From Acidimicrobiia bacterium (lineage in GTDB: Bacteria; Actinomycetota; Acidimicrobiia; Spongiisociales; ZC4RG35): a stretch of DNA of 64,000 nucleotides. The notes below the pieces were generated by a model that searched no databases, had not been told where the DNA came from, and saw nothing but the letters and a program-made list of their open reading frames with translations. Shown piece after piece: positions 59,442-64,000 of the stretch (the stretch's first letter is position 1; every line of letters begins with the position of its first letter). The position numbers and the translations under genes are program-made. The stretch spans positions 38,309 to 102,308 of the forward strand of contig WFOA01000028.1 in assembly GCA_015488325.1 (NCBI GenBank), in the 5' to 3' direction.

Positions 59442-60146
59442 ATGGTAGACCCCTTCCCATCCCCGTCCGGTTGCCGTACCTTCCAGCCCATGGACCCTGT
59501 CCGATCGTGGCGCCCCCTCCTCGTCCTCGTCCTCGGTTCGACGGCGGCGGCCGTCGCCGCTGTCGCCCTCCACACCCTCGGGACCCTCCCGTGGCTGCAG
59601 ATCGAACCTTCGACGGCCTGGCTTCAGGTCACCCCCACCGAAGACGTCGTCGCCGCCGTCGCCAGGGTCGCCGCCCTCGCCGTCGTCTACTGGTACCTCG
59701 CCTCCTCCGTCCTCTACCTCCTCGCCCGCCTCACCCGACACGCCCGGACGATCCGCGTCGCCGCCCTCGTCACCGCCGCCCCGGTCCGGCGTCTCGTCGA
59801 CGGGGCCGTGGCAGGGGTCCTCGCCGTCGGGCTGCTCGCACCCCCCGCCGTCGCAGCCGTCACGACGCCTACACCGGTGGAAGAGACCGTGTCCACCCGG
59901 TACCTCCCCTTCGACCTGCCCGCCCCAGGTCCGCCCGCCGACCCATCTCCGACGACGTCGGGATGGACCGAAGTCGTGGTCGCCCCCGGCGACAACCTCT
60001 GGCGGATCGCCGACCGGCGGCTCGACGGCGACGGCCCCGTCGCGCCGTACTGGCGGAGGGTCGTCGAAGAGAACCGTGACCGGATTCGCTCGGGGAACCC
60101 CGACCTGATCTACCCGGGGGAGGTCATCAGACTCCCGCCTCCCTAG
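59442..60146 (+). CDS. LysM-domain protein (N-terminal TM/signal segment, C-terminal LysM)
   Basis: Start is uncertain (ATG 59442 or 59490). C-terminus VVAPGDNLWRIADRRL...DLIYPGEVIRLP is a LysM motif. Confidence 0.65.
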   Translation: MVDPFPSPSGCRTFQPMDPVRSWRPLLVLVLGSTAAAVAAVALHTLGTLPWLQIEPSTAWLQVTPTEDVVAAVARVAALAVVYWYLASSVLYLLARLTRHARTIRVAALVTAAPVRRLVDGAVAGVLAVGLLAPPAVAAVTTPTPVEETVSTRYLPFDLPAPGPPADPSPTTSGWTEVVVAPGDNLWRIADRRLDGDGPVAPYWRRVVEENRDRIRSGNPDLIYPGEVIRLPPP

Positions 60147-60547
60147 CCGGCGAGGAAGGACAGCCTCACCCGCCGGATCGGGTTGTCCCGGTTGGGGTCG
60201 ACGAGGACGATCGACTGCCAGGTCCCCAGGACGGGGACGCCGTCGTCGACGGGGATCGTCAAGGTGGGAGCGACGAAGGCAGGGAGCAGATGGTCGGCCC
60301 CGTGTCCGGGTGAACCGTGCCGATGCATCCAGCGGTCATCGCGGGGCAAGAGGGCATCCACCGCGGTCCACAGGTCGCGTTCGGAGCCGGCGCCGACCTC
60401 GATGATCGCCAGGCCGGCGGTGGCGTGGGGGACGAAGACGTTACAGAGCCCGTCCCCTCGACCCCGGCAGAACCCGACCACCTCGCCGGTCAGGTCGACG
60501 ACGGCGGGGCCAGAGCCGGTCCGGACCTCGAAGGTGTAGACGTCCAC
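60143..60547 (-). CDS. YjbQ-family (UPF0047) secondary thiamine-phosphate synthase-like protein
   Basis: 134 aa, MDVYTFEVRTGSGPAVVDLTGEV...LVDPNRDNPIRRVRL. Confidence 0.8.
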   Translation of the reverse strand: MDVYTFEVRTGSGPAVVDLTGEVVGFCRGRGDGLCNVFVPHATAGLAIIEVGAGSERDLWTAVDALLPRDDRWMHRHGSPGHGADHLLPAFVAPTLTIPVDDGVPVLGTWQSIVLVDPNRDNPIRRVRLSFLAG

Positions 60548-60549
60548 GG

Positions 60550-61524
60550 TCAGACGTTGTCGCCGAGGAAGATCTCCGACACCGAGCTCTCCATGAAGAT
60601 CGCCTGGAGCGCCTCGGCGAGGATCGGAGCGATCGACAGCACCCGCAGCTTGTCGAGCTCACGGGCCTGGTCGGGCACGGGAAGGGTGTTCGTGACGATC
60701 ACCTCGTCCACGGCGGCGTTCTTCAGACGGTCCACCGCCGGTCCCGACAACACCGCGTGGGTGGCGGCGATCCTCACCGACCGCGCCCCCTTGGCGCGAA
60801 TCAGGTCGGCGGCGTTGCAGGCGGTGCCGGCGGTGTCGATGATGTCGTCGACGATGACGACGTCGGTGTCCTCCACTTCCCCAGACACGTCGAGGGCGGC
60901 CGACACGTTGTGCCGGTCGGGGTCCCGGCGTTTGTAGACGAAGGCCAACCCCGACGCCTCCAGCCGGCGGGCGTACTTCTCGGCACGTTTCACCCCGCCC
61001 GCGTCGGGCGAGACGATGGTGATCGGACCGGTGAGCTCCTGGGCGAGGTAGTCGGTGATGATGGGGAGCGCGGTGAGGTGGTCGAAGGGCTTGGGGATGA
61101 ACCCCTGGAGCTGGCCGGTGTGCAGATCCACCGAGACGAGGCGGTCGGCCCCGGCGGTCATGAACATGTCGCCGATGAGCCGGGCCGTGATCGGCTCCCG
61201 GGGAAGCACCTTCTTGTCCTGGCGGGAGTATCCGTAGAACGGCATCACCGCGGTGATCCGTCGGGCAGAGGCGCGCCGGAGGGCGTCGATGATGATGAGC
61301 TGCTCCATGATCCGGTCGTTGATCGGATCGGAATGACTCTGGAGCACGAAACAGTCGGCACCCCGGACGCTCTCGGCGGGACGGGCGTAGAGCTCACCGT
61401 TGGCGAAGGTGGAGAGCTCCAACGCCCCCAGGGGTACCCCCAACAGGTCGGCCACCTCGCCCGCCAGGGTCGGGTTGGCGCCACCGGAGAACAGCATCAT
61501 CCGATGGCGACTGACGATGTCCAT
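60550..61524 (-). CDS. prs: ribose-phosphate pyrophosphokinase
   Basis: 3' part of track ORF 60550..62985. Start at MDIVSRHRMMLFSGG. PRPP-binding IVDDIIDTAGT is present. Confidence 0.9.
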   Translation of the reverse strand: MDIVSRHRMMLFSGGANPTLAGEVADLLGVPLGALELSTFANGELYARPAESVRGADCFVLQSHSDPINDRIMEQLIIIDALRRASARRITAVMPFYGYSRQDKKVLPREPITARLIGDMFMTAGADRLVSVDLHTGQLQGFIPKPFDHLTALPIITDYLAQELTGPITIVSPDAGGVKRAEKYARRLEASGLAFVYKRRDPDRHNVSAALDVSGEVEDTDVVIVDDIIDTAGTACNAADLIRAKGARSVRIAATHAVLSGPAVDRLKNAAVDEVIVTNTLPVPDQARELDKLRVLSIAPILAEALQAIFMESSVSEIFLGDNV

Positions 61525-61526
61525 GT

Positions 61527-62906
61527 TCAGTCCTCGGCCTCGTGGGTGGCTTTCCTCGCCGCGCGCCGGGCAGCGTAGCCAGGGATCTCCCTCTGGGGCG
61601 AACGCTCCACGGCCAGCGCGCCCGGAGCCACATCCCGGGTGATCACCGAACCGGCCCCGGTGACCGCCGCCTCGCCGATGGTGACGGGCGCCACCAGCAT
61701 CGTGTCGGAACCGATGAAGGCGTCGGCGCCGATCTCGGTGCGGTACTTGTCGTAGCCGTCGTAGTTGCAGGTGATCGTCCCGGCCCCGACGTTGGCTCGC
61801 TCGCCCACCGCGGCGTCGCCGAGGTAGGAGAGGTGGGGAACCTTCGCCCCTTCGGCCACCGTGGTGTTCTTCATCTCGACGAACGTACCGGCCTTGGCGC
61901 CGCGGGCGAGGACCGTCCCCGGACGCAGGGAGGCGTAGGGTCCCACCTGGACGTCCGGTCCGACCCGGGCACCTCGGACCACCGAGTACCAGATCTTCGC
62001 GCCCGACTCGACGACGGTGTCCTCCAGGTAGCTGTCGGGACCGATCTCCGCCCCCGCTTCGACCCGGGTGTCGCCCTTGAGATGAACCCCGGGATGCAGA
62101 CGTACCCCAGGAGCGAGGGTGACACCGGCATCCACGTAGGTGGTCTCCGGGTCGTCCACCGCCACCCCGTCGCCCATCCAGCGTTCGAGGATCCACCGGC
62201 GCCGCACCCGACCGGCCCGAGCCAGGCCGACGTGATCGTTGACACCCATCGTCTCGACCGGATCGGCTTCCACGGCCTCCACCGGACGGTCGTGGGCGAC
62301 CAGCCAGCCGACCACGTCGGTGAGGTACTTCTCCCCTTGGGCGTTGTCGACCCCGATCCCGGCCAGCGCCTCGGCCAGGTCGGCCCGCCGGAACCGGTAC
62401 ATCCCCACGTTCACTTCGGCGATGGCGAGGGTCTCGGCGTCGGCGTCGGTTTGTTCGACCACCGCCTTCACCTGCCCGTCCTCGCCCCGCACCACCCTGC
62501 CGTACCCGGTCGGGTCCCCGAGGACGGCGGTGAGGATCGTGGCCGCCGCCTCCCCACCCTGGGCGAGGGCGGCCAGGGTGTCCTCCCGGAGGAGGGGGAC
62601 GTCGCCGGGGACGACGACGACGTCCTCGTCGCCGTCGCCGACGTGGGCGAGGGCCACCTCGACGGCGTGGCCGGTCCCACCCTGGGGTTCCTGCACGCAC
62701 GCCTCCACCCCGGGGGGGAGGCTCGCCATCACCTGATCGCCGCCATGGCCGACGACGACGATCGTCCTCTGCGGCCCGGTGGCGGCGACCGCGTCGAGGA
62801 CCCAGGCGAGCATCGGACGTCCCGCCACCTCGTGGAGCACCTTCGGGAGGGCCGAACGCATCCGGGTGCCCTTGCCGGCGGCGAGTACCACCGCGATGTG
62901 AGCCAT
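61527..62906 (-). CDS. glmU: bifunctional UDP-GlcNAc pyrophosphorylase / GlcN-1-P acetyltransferase
   Basis: 459 aa with LAAGKGTRM and C-terminal hexapeptide (LbH) repeats. Confidence 0.92.
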   Translation of the reverse strand: MAHIAVVLAAGKGTRMRSALPKVLHEVAGRPMLAWVLDAVAATGPQRTIVVVGHGGDQVMASLPPGVEACVQEPQGGTGHAVEVALAHVGDGDEDVVVVPGDVPLLREDTLAALAQGGEAAATILTAVLGDPTGYGRVVRGEDGQVKAVVEQTDADAETLAIAEVNVGMYRFRRADLAEALAGIGVDNAQGEKYLTDVVGWLVAHDRPVEAVEADPVETMGVNDHVGLARAGRVRRRWILERWMGDGVAVDDPETTYVDAGVTLAPGVRLHPGVHLKGDTRVEAGAEIGPDSYLEDTVVESGAKIWYSVVRGARVGPDVQVGPYASLRPGTVLARGAKAGTFVEMKNTTVAEGAKVPHLSYLGDAAVGERANVGAGTITCNYDGYDKYRTEIGADAFIGSDTMLVAPVTIGEAAVTGAGSVITRDVAPGALAVERSPQREIPGYAARRAARKATHEAED

Positions 62907-62946
62907 CGATACTCCTCGTGTCGGTCGAGGTCCCGAAGGGACCGCG

Positions 62947-63018
62947 CTGGGGGGACAGGACTCGAACCCGTACCAGCGGAGCCAAAATCCGCCGTGCTAC
63001 CCGTTACACCACCCCCCA
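62947..63018 (-). tRNA. tRNA-Gln (anticodon TTG)
   Basis: Reverse complement TGGGGGGTGGTGTAACGGGTAGCACGGCGGATTTTGGCTCCGCTGGTACGGGTTCGAGTCCTGTCCCCCCAG folds as a cloverleaf. Anticodon loop is TTTTGGC. Confidence 0.85.
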
Positions 63019-63052
63019 GAGGGTGTCTGTTCGTGGTGTCCGGCCGACCATC

Positions 63053-63949
63053 CTACCGGTCGCTCCCGCCCGACTCGACGCCTCGCCGTCTTTCGTCGCC
63101 TCTCCCGGCGACTCCCCCGCCACGGACGACCGTCGCCACCGCCGCCCGGGCCTCCGACGGCGCGGCCGCCACCGCGTCCTCCGCCTCGTCCGGCGACGGG
63201 AACAACGAGAACAGACTCGGTCCGCTGCCCGACATCAACACCTCCACCCCCCAGGCCGAAGTCAGCTCGGACCGCCAATCGGCCAGCTCCGGTCGTAGCT
63301 CCACCGCCGCCGGATACAGGTCGTTGCGGAGCAGCTCACCGGACCGCAGCACCGGCGGCAGGTCCTCGCTGCGCCACCGGGGCCCCGCCGGCCCGCCCAG
63401 GCGGTCCCAGGTGCGGTACACGGCGGCGGTCGGCAGCTCGAACGGCGGCACCACCACCGCCACCGCCACGCCCCGGAGACCGGGACGCCACCTGGTCACC
63501 TGCTCGCCGCGCCCTTCGATGAGACAGGTCCCCCCGACCAGGAACAGCGGCACGTCGGCCCCCACCTCGGCGGCGACGGAGGCCACCACGTCGGAGCCCA
63601 CCCCCATGATCTCCGCGACGGCCCGAAGCATGGCGGCCGCGTCGGCGGAACCGCCTCCGAGCCCCGCCGCGACCGCCACCCGTTTGACGAGCCGAACGTC
63701 GAGGGGGGGCCGTCGTCGGCTCACCGCCGCCGCCAACCGGTCGGCTGCCACCCACACCAGGTTTGACGGCCCCGGATCCAGTTCGGCGCCGTCCACGTCG
63801 AGCCGATCTTCGTCGGCGACCTCGACGGTGAGACGGTCGTGCCACTCCAACGTCTGCACCAGCGACCGGATCGGGTGGTATCCGTCCCGGCGAGGTGGCG
63901 CCACGAGGAGCGACAGGTTCACCTTGGCGGGGGCCTCCCAGTCACCCAT
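63053..63949 (-). CDS. ispE: 4-(cytidine 5'-diphospho)-2-C-methyl-D-erythritol kinase
   Basis: 298 aa, MGDWEAPAKVNLSLLV...AGLGGGSADAAAML (GHMP kinase motifs). Confidence 0.85.
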   Translation of the reverse strand: MGDWEAPAKVNLSLLVAPPRRDGYHPIRSLVQTLEWHDRLTVEVADEDRLDVDGAELDPGPSNLVWVAADRLAAAVSRRRPPLDVRLVKRVAVAAGLGGGSADAAAMLRAVAEIMGVGSDVVASVAAEVGADVPLFLVGGTCLIEGRGEQVTRWRPGLRGVAVAVVVPPFELPTAAVYRTWDRLGGPAGPRWRSEDLPPVLRSGELLRNDLYPAAVELRPELADWRSELTSAWGVEVLMSGSGPSLFSLFPSPDEAEDAVAAAPSEARAAVATVVRGGGVAGRGDERRRGVESGGSDR

Positions 63950-64000
63950 CGGCCACCTCGGCGAGGCGGAGCCAGTCGGCGACGTCGAGGTCCTCGGCCC
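63942..64000 (-). CDS. 3' end of upstream CDS (continues beyond window; position suggests rsmA/ksgA-like)
   Basis: Open frame ...AEDLDVADWLRLAEVADG* ending in a TGA that overlaps the ispE ATG (ATGGGTGA). Identity not determinable from 19 codons. Confidence 0.3.
   Translation of the reverse strand, partial: AEDLDVADWLRLAEVADG

Noticed and set aside
60550-62985. 811-aa track ORF spanning prs and glmU.
   Set aside because: Only its last 324 codons (prs) are real. The upstream part is a wrong-frame read-through of glmU, which has its own clear frame.

Overview
This is a 64-kb high-GC (about 70%) window that is densely coding, with about 70 CDS and 3 tRNAs. The gene content looks actinobacterial (WhiB regulator, DUF3107, PIG-L/mycothiol-type deacetylase, long Rho N-terminal insertion, many F420-linked enzymes). 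I saw no CRISPR array, transposase, integrase or phage genes, so this looks like core chromosome rather than an island. Housekeeping genes present: ppdK, meaB, murA, rpiB, gltX with an adjacent tRNA-Glu, ilvE, serA, prmC, prfA, rpmE, rho, thrC, hom, lysA, prs, glmU, tRNA-Gln, ispE. The less ordinary parts are: (1) a response-regulator / membrane HEAT-repeat protein / processive GT2 synthase operon at 34.9-37.9 kb, a candidate uncharacterised exopolysaccharide synthase module; (2) a reductive pyrimidine/hydantoin catabolic cluster at 47.4-57.4 kb (ABC importer, beta-ureidopropionase-type CN hydrolase, class-III aminotransferase, dihydropyrimidinase, MmsA) with no dihydropyrimidine dehydrogenase, which ends instead in an F420-type luciferase-like oxidoreductase; (3) a divergent F420 locus at 28.6-33.5 kb (LLM oxidoreductase <-> cofC/fbiD, PIG-L deacetylase, glycerate kinase, Cys/Thr-type proline-racemase homologue); (4) a perfect CRP-type site TGTGA-N6-TCACA in an AT-rich island directly upstream of whiB; (5) an ArsR/SmtB regulator followed by an MBD-less P1B-type ATPase with an APC transmembrane motif. 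Where a start differs from the ORF track it was re-derived by in-frame Met/Val position within the track ORF, so expect a few nt of uncertainty. Motif and hairpin coordinates were read off the sequence by hand.
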